From assembly GCF_052908275.1 (NCBI RefSeq), contig NZ_CM128603.1: DNA of 32,000 bases; one strand, given 5' to 3'. A program made the translations under genes and the position numbers. The notes beneath the pieces were generated by a model. It saw only the letters and a program-made list of their open reading frames with translations, made no database searches and was not told the origin of the DNA. Shown piece after piece: positions 10,803-27,780 of the stretch. Positions within the stretch are counted from its first letter, which is position 1; each line of letters begins with the position of its first letter.

Positions 10803-10873
10803 CGAGGCCTCGAACCCCGTACCATACAACAATCCTGGTTGTCGTCTGCTCTTCCTGATGAGCTAATGGCGGT
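10792..10873 (-). pseudogene. degenerate tRNA-like relic
   Basis: The minus strand reads CCGCCAT-TA-GCTC-ATCAGGAA-GAGC-AGACG-ACAAC-CAGGATT-GTTGT-ATGGTA-CGGGG-TTCGAGG-CCTCG-ATGGCGG-T-CCA. It has a 7-bp acceptor stem, a canonical D-arm, a T-arm with a GGTTCGA-like loop and a 3' CCA. It also has 4 extra nt before the anticodon stem, and the anticodon loop lacks U33. Confidence 0.4.
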
Positions 10874-11214
10874 TTTTGATATGAGCCTTACAGCATATTT
10901 TCTGTCAGGCTTGAGTGCGATGCGTAAGATACAGAAAAGACCCCACACAAACATGATGGAATTATGATTTTTTTCATATGAATGTCAACCAACACATTCA
11001 CAAAACATCTGCATGAGATCATTTTTTATACACCGCATGGCTGCGAAACCACTACTGGTGCTTTTTTAAGCGAAGTGTCGCCGATCACAACAAAATATCG
11101 GCGAAAAAAGAGATGGAATGCCAGTTGGCATACAGATATACAGATGAAATGATTACCTGCATTGCGATTCACTCTCAGGTGGAATAACAACTTGCAGGTG
11201 GAACCCTTTCTGAA

Positions 11215-12030
11215 CTAAAGAGTGTAGCGGATTTTAACGTGCTTATTTACAGGATAATATCTGTCACCTAATTCCTGCACTCTATTAGATATCCATTCAT
11301 TTAATCGCGCATCATCTCTGTATGTTTTTACGTCCAGAACAGAGAGCAATAACATCACCAGTGATTCAGGAAAAACAGGGTAGATATTTTTTAAGTGTAA
11401 TAATAATCCATGCGCAAGCGCCTGCTTAATGGGCGCGTCTGTCTCCGGAATAGACGACATTTCGCGAAGCCATTTTTCCACATGCATACACTCTTTCCCT
11501 TTAGGGAAAATTCTCAGCAAAGGCATATGGTATTCAAGAAGAATACATTTGCAATCTGTTCGCACTGAATCGATAAACTGCACTAATTTCTTAAGCCCGG
11601 TAAAGCGTCCAGCCTGCACGTTTGCTTTAATATCAAGAAACGCATCATCCTGGTCATATACCCAAACTGTCCCTTTTTGATTTTCAAGTATGTGAAAAAC
11701 AAACTTAACCGGGTGATCAGGGTAATCCATCCAGTCATAAAATCCAGGGAAATCATTAAACTGCACATTTATGGTGAGTGCGTTATCGTCTGACCACTCA
11801 CAGTCTCGTACGGCAGCCATGAGATGAATGAGTTTGTCGTCATCGACTAAATCATCACGACAATCATAAGGATAATCATAATATTGTTTAATCAAAACCT
11901 TGAATATATCGACACAGGAAACCAGGGAGCTTTTGATATCCTCTGGTAACTGATTGTTTTTAACCGTATTAAGTATGCTTTGTTGCGTATATGGCATCAA
12001 ATTATTGTGCGGAGCTTTTAATGATATCAT
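11215..12030 (-). CDS. yahL: hypothetical protein, AT-rich gene
   Basis: A 271-aa ORF recognised as K-12 YahL, with no domain I can name. It is visibly AT-rich compared with its neighbours. Confidence 0.8.
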   Translation of the reverse strand: MISLKAPHNNLMPYTQQSILNTVKNNQLPEDIKSSLVSCVDIFKVLIKQYYDYPYDCRDDLVDDDKLIHLMAAVRDCEWSDDNALTINVQFNDFPGFYDWMDYPDHPVKFVFHILENQKGTVWVYDQDDAFLDIKANVQAGRFTGLKKLVQFIDSVRTDCKCILLEYHMPLLRIFPKGKECMHVEKWLREMSSIPETDAPIKQALAHGLLLHLKNIYPVFPESLVMLLLSVLDVKTYRDDARLNEWISNRVQELGDRYYPVNKHVKIRYTL

Positions 12031-12198
12031 CGCGATCTCTCTTAAATAAAAATAAACGTCGCAGATAATAAAGCTCTGATTAAACCAGGCACTATCAGAA
12101 ATCGCTCATAACTAACGTGTGAAGTATTGTGTACTGGAGGGCGTTAATTTAACAATTTAAATTTACGTTATAGGTTTTACTGCTACTTTGATATTATT

Positions 12199-12236
12199 TC
12201 GCTCTCCTTAACTAAAAAGTTAAGTGGAGAGCGAAG
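12199..12236 (-). terminator. hairpin downstream of yahK
   Basis: TTCGCTCTCCTTAAC-TAAAAA-GTTAAG(TG)GAGAGCGAA is a long imperfect inverted repeat 37 nt after the yahK stop. There is no clear U-tract. Confidence 0.4.
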
Positions 12237-12272
12237 TTAATATGTTAAACCACAGGGTATTTATTAATTTTT

Positions 12273-16488
<4,216 letters not shown>

Positions 16489-16518
16489 CTGAATTTTTAA
16501 CATTGAGGAGTCTGATTT

Positions 16519-16944
16519 ATGAATCAAATTTATGACAGTTTTCCGTTTCCTTCCCCTGAGGGTTTTACCGCAGGTATGACAATGGCGGGATATTTTATTC
16601 ACGCCACTGTCATAAATGATGAGGAGTTAAAACCCACGGGTTCTCATTATAACCCTGAGGCCAAACCCAAATATGCCATTGTTATTGCCTATCCGTATGA
16701 GGACCGAAAATTAAAAGTCCGCCGTGAGGAGCATGAGCGCTTTTCCTGTACTGAGGAGGATTTTAAATTTTTTAATTCATGTCCTGATTTGCAGGGCAAA
16801 CCTGTTTATCTCACGGTGGATGTTAACTCATGGTCGACAGGCTCTGAACGTCATGGTGTCTGGTATCGTTTTATTTCCGGCTCCATGAAACGTTTTGACG
16901 GTCAGCCGCTGGGTGCACTGCCCGCTGGTAAAGATAAGAATTAA
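16519..16944 (+). CDS. putative ssDNA-binding protein (gene V analogue)
   Basis: A 141-aa soluble ORF with a GAGGAG RBS, directly after Rep as gene V is in Ff phages. Its size resembles the Pf1-type gene V protein. The call rests on position, since I cannot see a motif. Confidence 0.45.
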   Translation: MNQIYDSFPFPSPEGFTAGMTMAGYFIHATVINDEELKPTGSHYNPEAKPKYAIVIAYPYEDRKLKVRREEHERFSCTEEDFKFFNSCPDLQGKPVYLTVDVNSWSTGSERHGVWYRFISGSMKRFDGQPLGALPAGKDKN

Positions 16945-16949
16945 GTTTC

Positions 16950-17123
16950 ATGTCTGTTAATTCGGATTCGGTTTCCACGCAAATTAATGCTATTTGCGTG
17001 GGGATACCTGATGTGTCGGGGGTTGATTCCTCGGCGTTTTTAACGGGATTTTCACTGCCAGTATTTTGTTTTTTTCTTGGCATGATTATTTCCACAATTT
17101 GGAGTTTAATAAGGAGACTTTAA
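16950..17123 (+). CDS. small membrane protein, minor-coat (pVII/pIX-like) candidate
   Basis: A 57-aa ORF below the track threshold (MSVNSDSVSTQINAICVGIPDVSGVDSSAFLTGFSLPVFCFFLGMIISTIWSLIRRL). It has an acidic N-terminal part, one TM segment and a basic tail. It fills the gap between the ssb-like and coat genes, and its stop is 2 nt before the coat ATG. Confidence 0.45.
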   Translation: MSVNSDSVSTQINAICVGIPDVSGVDSSAFLTGFSLPVFCFFLGMIISTIWSLIRRL

Positions 17124-17125
17124 TT

Positions 17126-17374
17126 ATGTTTGCAAAAATGACCAATCTTTTTAAGGGTGTTAATAAGAAAGTTGCAGCCTTATCTTTTTCCGCTGCTTCT
17201 GCTCTTGCTGTATCTCCGTCTTTTGCTGGTACAGTCGATTTTTCATCATTGACTAACAGCATTGATATGTCTTCTGTTTCTGCTGTTATTCTTTCTATCG
17301 GTGTTGCAGGAGTTACAGTTTATCTGACTTTTGCTGGCGTTCGTAAAGTATGGGGAGCCCTCAGAAGTATCTGA
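17126..17374 (+). CDS. major coat protein (pVIII-like) precursor
   Basis: The ATG at 17126 follows an AAGGAG RBS. The signal peptide ends SPSFA|GT. The roughly 48-aa mature part has an acidic N-terminus, a hydrophobic core (VILSIGVAGVTVYLTFAG) and a basic C-terminus (RKVWGALRSI). A strong terminator follows. Confidence 0.8.
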   Translation: MFAKMTNLFKGVNKKVAALSFSAASALAVSPSFAGTVDFSSLTNSIDMSSVSAVILSIGVAGVTVYLTFAGVRKVWGALRSI

Positions 17375-17390
17375 GTTGTTTTTTATGAGG

Positions 17391-17416
17391 AAGGGCGGAT
17401 ATTCCGCCCTTTTTTT
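17391..17416 (+). terminator. rho-independent terminator after the coat gene
   Basis: AAGGGCGGA-TAT-TCCGCCCTT followed by T6, in the same position as the gene VIII terminator of Ff phages. Confidence 0.85.
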
Positions 17417-17424
17417 GGATATTT

Positions 17425-17502
17425 ATGTTTGATTTTATTTTTATGATGTTTGGCTCCCTTTGTGGGTTATGTTGCGTCATTGGGTTTAAATCTAATTTGT
17501 GA
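17425..17502 (+). CDS. 25-aa hydrophobic mini-ORF (pVII/pIX-like candidate)
   Basis: The sequence is MFDFIFMMFGSLCGLCCVIGFKSNL. It has no clear SD, and its size and hydrophobicity resemble Ff pVII/pIX. Confidence 0.3.
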   Translation: MFDFIFMMFGSLCGLCCVIGFKSNL

Positions 17503-17508
17503 GGTTTT

Positions 17509-17679
17509 GTGTCTACTCAAGAATTTAAAGTTAAATTGCCGAAATACACTATCGAGCAGATAGAAAGAATTATTTACAATAAAAATACAACCATTGAAGA
17601 ATATGTTGTTTCAGTTATTCTTGAAAAAGCCGATCAGGATTTCCGTCGAATTGTAAAACCATTTAGTTTTTACTGGTGA
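17509..17679 (+). CDS. 56-aa soluble ORF, possible ribbon-helix-helix-like regulator
   Basis: GTG start 5 nt after GAGG. The sequence [44 protein letters not shown] has a strand-helix-helix pattern by eye. The ORF ends 4 nt before the pIII-like ATG. Confidence 0.3.
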   Translation: MSTQEFKVKLPKYTIEQIERIIYNKNTTIEEYVVSVILEKADQDFRRIVKPFSFYW

Positions 17680-17683
17680 TGAA

Positions 17684-19261
<1,578 letters not shown>

Positions 19262-19275
19262 TAATCAGGTGGTGA

Positions 19276-19566
<291 letters not shown>

Positions 19567-19577
19567 GAGGGTGATTT

Positions 19578-21892
<2,315 letters not shown>

Positions 21893-22152
21893 TGCCGCAA
21901 CGCGGCATGTAAGGCGGCATGATGATGTTTCATATGATGCAGCTGCCTGACCGCCGAAGCCAGGGAGAGATTACAGAGCAGCAGGAGACAGCGCAACGCG
22001 CCGCCTGCCAGACCGCCTTTAAACAGGCAGTTAGCGAGACGAACGGCACGAGACGTGAGTCGTACAGGTGTTGATGTGATTAGTTGATGAAATTGATGAT
22101 GACTTACAGCGATGCTTAGTTATCCGCCATCTTAAGTTCAATATGAATCATA

Positions 22153-22220
22153 GCCCGCCGGAACGGCAGTTGCCCCCGCCCGCAGGGGCGAGGACGGGAG
22201 CAACTGCCGTTCCGGCGGGC
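22153..22220. repeat. perfect 21-bp-arm GC-rich inverted repeat (large hairpin) in the phage intergenic region
   Basis: GCCCGCCGGAACGGCAGTTGC (22153-22173) and its exact reverse complement (22200-22220) flank a 26-nt GC-rich spacer. Confidence 0.9.
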
Positions 22221-22349
22221 AATGATGCTATATACTCTTTAATGATGGATGTAACGTAATATTCTCTTTCCTATTCTGACATTATACACAGTACAAAAAC
22301 TCATAACAAAGCACGAATGATAGCAAGCTTGTTTTTGTTATTTTTTTAA

Positions 22350-23116
<767 letters not shown>

Positions 23117-23117
<1 letters not shown>

Positions 23118-23138
23118 ATAATTACACACGTAATTATT
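23117..23138 (+). terminator. AT-rich hairpin at the end of the PLD-like gene
   Basis: AATAATTAC-ACAC-GTAATTATT forms a 9-bp stem overlapping the stop codon. No U-tract follows. Confidence 0.35.
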
Positions 23139-23200
23139 GCATTGCAAACCATTACCTTATAAGGGGGTAACTTAGTGTAGGCTCTTGTTCCCCCTCTAAT

Positions 23201-23255
<55 letters not shown>

Positions 23256-23597
23256 AACGCCTGATATGTCATCGCGGCAAAACGCGTCCATTGAATATAG
23301 CCAATATTTAAACCACCCGATCCAGCCCCAACATGCCGCGAGCCTGAATGAAACAGAGCAGCAACGTTCCCCATAAGGCGAGCGCCTGTAAGTGTGATAT
23401 TTGCTATCTGTAAAAGACTAAAATCGGCAAAACTGATGATCTTTTCACGTAGACAAATAGTTATCTACACAACGTCAATAAGGGCATATTCCTCAAAGAT
23501 AATGTCCATTTCTGCCGACACACTCATATTCAGATTGCCCCACTCCCTGGGGCTTAAATCTCTTACTATTCACCGTTGCAGGCGTTTCAAATGCGCA

Positions 23598-24980
23598 TCA
23601 ACCTGCCACACTCCCCCACACCAGTTGCCCTTTATGGAACGTTGCTGTTCTCGGCGAGATACGCGCCACCGCCTCGGCAGAACAGGAGGCGTCCACCAGC
23701 ACAAAGCTGGCGTCATCCTGCGCTTTTGGCCATACACGCTCGCCTTTTTCATTCAGCGGCAATACATCGCCAGTGGCTAGAAACAGCGAACGGGAGAGGT
23801 TCTGTTCGTTAGGACGAATATAGAGCTGCGCGTACAGATTGGCTTTTTCCAGCATGTCGCCCAGACCATAAGGCGACCAGTGGTCGATAACGCTGTCAGT
23901 GCCAGTCATCACTTTTACGCCTTTGTCGTGCAACTGTTTGAGCGGCATATGCAGCGTGCCAATCGGCACCGTCGAGGCAATAGAAATTTGTTGCACCACC
24001 ATCCGGTTCGCCAGTTCATCTACCTGTTGCTCGTTGAGCGTTGCCAGCGCAAAGGCGTGACTGATGGTCAGCTTGCCCTTCAGCTGTGGCGTTTTCTCTA
24101 CCGTTTCAACCATATAATTGATGGCTGCCACGCCTGCCGGAGTGGTTTCGTGCAGGTGAATATCGACGCCTTTGTCGTAGTCCAGCGCAATCTGGAACAT
24201 GGTGTCGAGGGATTTTTCCATCGCGCCATCAACACTGGTCGGGTCCAGGCCGCCGACGTAATGCGCCCCCGCCTGCATCGCTTCACGCATTAAAGGTTCA
24301 GATTTCGACAGCAGCAAACCGTGCTGCGGGAAGGCGACGATTTCACACTCAAAGCCCGCCTGACGTCGCGCCAGCACCGCCTGCAAATTTTGCAGATTTT
24401 TCAGGCCGGAAACCGGTTCGATATTGCAGTGGCTGCGGGCAATGGTGGTGCCTTTCGACTGCAATAAATCAATCAGTTTTTCTGCCCGCTCCTGAGTGTA
24501 CGGTTGCAGTTCCGGCAGCATTTTCTGCTCGAGTTTGATCATGTCCTGGATGATGGTGCCTGCCGGACGATTGAGCGAGCGCCACGGCCCGCCGTAAAAG
24601 GTTTTGTCGAGATGAATATGCATGTCGCGGGTGGTGGGCAGCATCAGCTTACCGCCAGCGTCATAGTGCGGCAGCGTGGCGTCCGGATGCAGCTTGTTCT
24701 CGCGCAGGGCGACAATTTTGCCGTCCTGAATCTCCACGGTCTGGCGCGCCGTGCGGGTCTGCACCGCCACGCCATTTTCGTAGTCAAAACCGGTTTCCAG
24801 CAGCACGTTATCGAGATAGTAATGCGGGTCAGTGATTTTCATGGTGTTGTTCGCTTCGCAGTTTAGGGTGCCAGCTACCGCCGCATGGGCGAGCGGCACA
24901 GAGGTACCAAACAGCGCGGCGGCGGTGACCATCTTACCGCTCTGGCTCAGAAATTCACGGCGGCTATTGCTTTCTTTCAT
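23598..24980 (-). CDS. yahJ: Tat-exported amidohydrolase/deaminase-family protein
   Basis: A 460-aa ORF with a twin-arginine signal (SRREFL...AHA) and the metal-binding motif MHIHLD, recognised as YahJ. Confidence 0.9.
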   Translation of the reverse strand: MKESNSRREFLSQSGKMVTAAALFGTSVPLAHAAVAGTLNCEANNTMKITDPHYYLDNVLLETGFDYENGVAVQTRTARQTVEIQDGKIVALRENKLHPDATLPHYDAGGKLMLPTTRDMHIHLDKTFYGGPWRSLNRPAGTIIQDMIKLEQKMLPELQPYTQERAEKLIDLLQSKGTTIARSHCNIEPVSGLKNLQNLQAVLARRQAGFECEIVAFPQHGLLLSKSEPLMREAMQAGAHYVGGLDPTSVDGAMEKSLDTMFQIALDYDKGVDIHLHETTPAGVAAINYMVETVEKTPQLKGKLTISHAFALATLNEQQVDELANRMVVQQISIASTVPIGTLHMPLKQLHDKGVKVMTGTDSVIDHWSPYGLGDMLEKANLYAQLYIRPNEQNLSRSLFLATGDVLPLNEKGERVWPKAQDDASFVLVDASCSAEAVARISPRTATFHKGQLVWGSVAG

Positions 24981-24989
24981 CTTACGTCC

Positions 24990-25940
24990 TTACGTTTTAA
25001 TAATATGAGTGCCCGTTTCGCCGCGCAGCGCCGCAGGCAGGCATTCCGGCGTGGTGATAATCACTTCTTTGCCGCCTTGTTCTAAAAATGTCAGGCTGGC
25101 GATGATTTTTGGCAACATGCTGCCGGGCGGGAAATGCCCTTCCTGCATATAGCGGGTCATGGTGGCAATATCCACCCGATCGAGCGCCTGCTGCTGCGGT
25201 TTGCCAAAGTGAATACACACTTTTTCGACGCCAGTGGTGATCACAAGAATGTCGGCGTGAATTTCACGGGCCAGCAGCGCGGTAGAGAGATCTTTGTCGA
25301 TAACCGCGTCCACGCTTTGGTAATCTCCCGCGTCAGTACGCACTACCGGAATTCCACCGCCGCCCGCGCCAATTACGACAAAACCTTGTTGGATCAGCGC
25401 TTTAATGGCAGGTGCTTCGACAATACGTTTCGGTTCCGGCGAGGCGACCACGCGGCGATAGCCCCGCCCGGCATCTTCAACAAAACACCAGTCAGGGTTT
25501 GCCTTTTGTAATTCGTCACGCTGGCTGTCACTAAAGAATGCGCCGATGGGCTTGGTGGGATGGGCAAAACCTGGATCGTTTTTATCCACTTCCACCTGAG
25601 TCACCACGGTGACGGCTTTCTTCTCGCCGTGACGCGCCAGCCGGTTATTCAGCGCCTGTTGGATCAGATAGCCGATGCCGCCCTGCGTATCTGCCACACA
25701 GTTCGCCAGCGGCGTTAAGGGCAGCCCTTCGCGCTCGTGGGCAATCTCCGCACGGCGTAAATCCAGCCCGACCTGCGGCCCGTTGCCGTGGGTCAGCACA
25801 ATGTCGTAATCGGAAGCCAGCATTTCCAGCACCGTATCGGCGACGGCTTTCACCGCCTCCGCCTGATGCTCAATCGACTGGCTGGCGTTATCTTTGATAA
25901 TGCTGTTGCCACCAATGGCAACGACCACAAGCTCTTTCAT
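24990..25940 (-). CDS. yahI: carbamate kinase-like protein
   Basis: A 316-aa ORF of the amino-acid kinase fold (VVAIGGN..., HGNGPQVG), recognised as YahI. Confidence 0.92.
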   Translation of the reverse strand: MKELVVVAIGGNSIIKDNASQSIEHQAEAVKAVADTVLEMLASDYDIVLTHGNGPQVGLDLRRAEIAHEREGLPLTPLANCVADTQGGIGYLIQQALNNRLARHGEKKAVTVVTQVEVDKNDPGFAHPTKPIGAFFSDSQRDELQKANPDWCFVEDAGRGYRRVVASPEPKRIVEAPAIKALIQQGFVVIGAGGGGIPVVRTDAGDYQSVDAVIDKDLSTALLAREIHADILVITTGVEKVCIHFGKPQQQALDRVDIATMTRYMQEGHFPPGSMLPKIIASLTFLEQGGKEVIITTPECLPAALRGETGTHIIKT

Positions 25941-25984
25941 GTTGTTATGTCCGCTACAGAGGGTGATGGGGTTATGACCAACGC

Positions 25985-26350
25985 CAGACTGCCTGATGCG
26001 CTACGCTTATCAGGCCTACAATTCTCGCGCCACTCGTAGGCCGGATAAGGCGTTCACGCCGCATCCGGCAATGGTGACAAATGCCTGATGCGCTACGCTT
26101 ATCAGGCCTACAGATTCTCGCGCCACTCGTAGGCCGGATAAGGCGTCCACGCCGCATCCGGCAGTGGTGGCAAATGCCTGATGCGCTACGCTTATCAGGC
26201 CTACAGATTCTTGCGCCATTCGTAGGCCGGATAAGGCGTTCACGCCACATCCGGCAATGGTGACAAATGCCTGATGCGCTACGCTTATCAGGCCTACAGA
26301 TTCTTGCGCCATTCGTAGGCCGGATAAGGCGTTCACGCCGCATCCGGCAT
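25985..26350. repeat. tandem REP/BIME array, 4 copies of a 92-93-bp unit
   Basis: GCCTGATGCGCTACGCTTATCAGGCCTACA..TCGTAGGCCGGATAAGGCGT.CACGCC.CATCCGGCA recurs with starts at 25991, 26083, 26176 and 26269. Confidence 0.9.
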
Positions 26351-26361
26351 GAACATGTAGG

Positions 26362-27780
26362 TCAGACGCCGTAACGTTCGCACCAGCCAAGAATGGCTTT
26401 CTCGAAGCAGGCAAAAGGTGGATGCACAATGCCCGCGCCAATCATGCCGACGCCCGCATCTTTATGGGCGATGGCGGTGTTGATCACCGGCAGAATGCCG
26501 CTGCTACCCACGCGGGTGATGTCGATTGCCGACGGCACGCCCATAAAACCGAGCAGCGGAATGGTGACGTTGGGGTTTTCACCGAGGGTGATTTCGCGCA
26601 TCTGACGGGAGAAATCAATAGCTTCTTCCACCGTGCCGCCCACCAGCGCGACGATAGCGGGCGCGGTCGCCATAGCAAATCCGCCAATACCGTAGGTTTC
26701 GGTGATGGCGCTGTCGCCGATATCCAGCCCCGAATCTTCCGGCTTATAACCGGCAAACATCGGGCCGATCACCTGCTGCGCCGGGCCGGTAAACCATTGC
26801 CCCGGCAGGCCGCTGACCCGCAGGCCGAACTCGACGCCGTTACGCGCCATGGTGGTGACCACGGTGCTGTATTCGATGCCATGCGCCGCATCCATCGCCG
26901 CTTTACACATCGCCATCCACGTCGGGCCGGAGAAGTAGTCGCTGCTGGCGACAAACTCAAACACTTCGCGCTGTTGCTCGACGGAATAACCCGCCTGAAT
27001 AATCCCCGGCGTCAGCGCCTGAATCAGCAGTGTCGTCCCGGCGTTATTGCGGTTATGGCACTCATCGCCCATATGCAGCGCCTGCGCCAGCATTAAGCGC
27101 AGATCGATTTCGCCGATAATTTTCATCGCGTCGCGCAGTATTGGTCCCTGCACATCACGCATCCAGTTCAGGCGGTCAATCACGCTCTGGTCGTTAGCGC
27201 CCATACGCAAAATCTTCGCCATCTGCTCGCTCATGTTGGTATAAGCGATGTTGCCGTAGGTTTTGTTTTTTACGATGTGCATAAACATCGAGGCCGAGGT
27301 AACACCCGCCATCGATCCCACGCAGTCGTGCTCGTGACACGGCGAGAAGGTGATCTCCCCGGAAGCCGCCAGTTCAGCCGCCTCGTCGAGATCTTTCGCC
27401 AGTCCTTCGAACACCAGCGCTCCGGTGACCGCGCCTTTCATCGCGCCGCACATTTTTTCCCAGGTGATCGGCGGCCCGGCGTGAAGAATGGTTTTCGCCG
27501 TCATGCCCGGCACCACGTTAATCGCCTGATCAAAACCAATCAGCATCGGATGCGACTGGATAATACGCTCCAGCGCCTGCTGGTTAGCGGCGGCGATTTT
27601 GTCCGCCAGCGGCGAATCGGCAATGTTATCCAGCGCCTGCACCACCTGCATATTGCCCTGCCCCGGCGGCGTCCAGTCGAGTTGAGTCACTTCTACATGC
27701 TGCTTTTTCAGGTCATCGCTAAACATGGCGATGCCGACGTTAATAACGTTCAATGGTTGGCTAAACAGTGACTGGCTCAT
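26362..27780 (-). CDS. yahG: DUF1116-family protein (YlbE paralogue)
   Basis: A 472-aa ORF recognised as YahG. Its start overlaps the yahF stop (ATGA). Confidence 0.9.
   Translation of the reverse strand: MSQSLFSQPLNVINVGIAMFSDDLKKQHVEVTQLDWTPPGQGNMQVVQALDNIADSPLADKIAAANQQALERIIQSHPMLIGFDQAINVVPGMTAKTILHAGPPITWEKMCGAMKGAVTGALVFEGLAKDLDEAAELAASGEITFSPCHEHDCVGSMAGVTSASMFMHIVKNKTYGNIAYTNMSEQMAKILRMGANDQSVIDRLNWMRDVQGPILRDAMKIIGEIDLRLMLAQALHMGDECHNRNNAGTTLLIQALTPGIIQAGYSVEQQREVFEFVASSDYFSGPTWMAMCKAAMDAAHGIEYSTVVTTMARNGVEFGLRVSGLPGQWFTGPAQQVIGPMFAGYKPEDSGLDIGDSAITETYGIGGFAMATAPAIVALVGGTVEEAIDFSRQMREITLGENPNVTIPLLGFMGVPSAIDITRVGSSGILPVINTAIAHKDAGVGMIGAGIVHPPFACFEKAILGWCERYGV

Noticed and set aside
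11076-11104. The hairpin TCGCCGAT-N11-ATCGGCGA followed by an A-run, between yahM and yahL.
   Set aside because: It lacks a U-tract downstream of the stem on either strand and is not placed after any gene end, so it is not convincing as a terminator.
16871-17095. A 74-aa minus-strand ORF in the phage. Other minus-strand ORFs in the prophage are 14448-14690, 14770-15345, 15466-15786, 16405-16602, 19147-19410 and 21431-21828.
   Set aside because: All overlap better-supported + strand genes in an element whose genes are otherwise strictly unidirectional. None has a convincing RBS.
21919-22074. A 51-aa ORF (MMMFHMMQLPDRRSQGEITEQQETAQRAACQTAFKQAVSETNGTRRESYRC) in the phage intergenic region after the secretin gene.
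   Set aside because: It has only a weak AAGG RBS and no recognisable fold or hydrophobic segment. It lies in a region better explained by origin or packaging structures. It cannot be supported without conservation or expression data.
23394-23812. + strand ORFs 23394-23780 and 23576-23812 at the right prophage flank.
   Set aside because: They run into and overlap the 3' end of yahJ on the opposite strand. They have Arg-rich shadow-ORF composition and no RBS.
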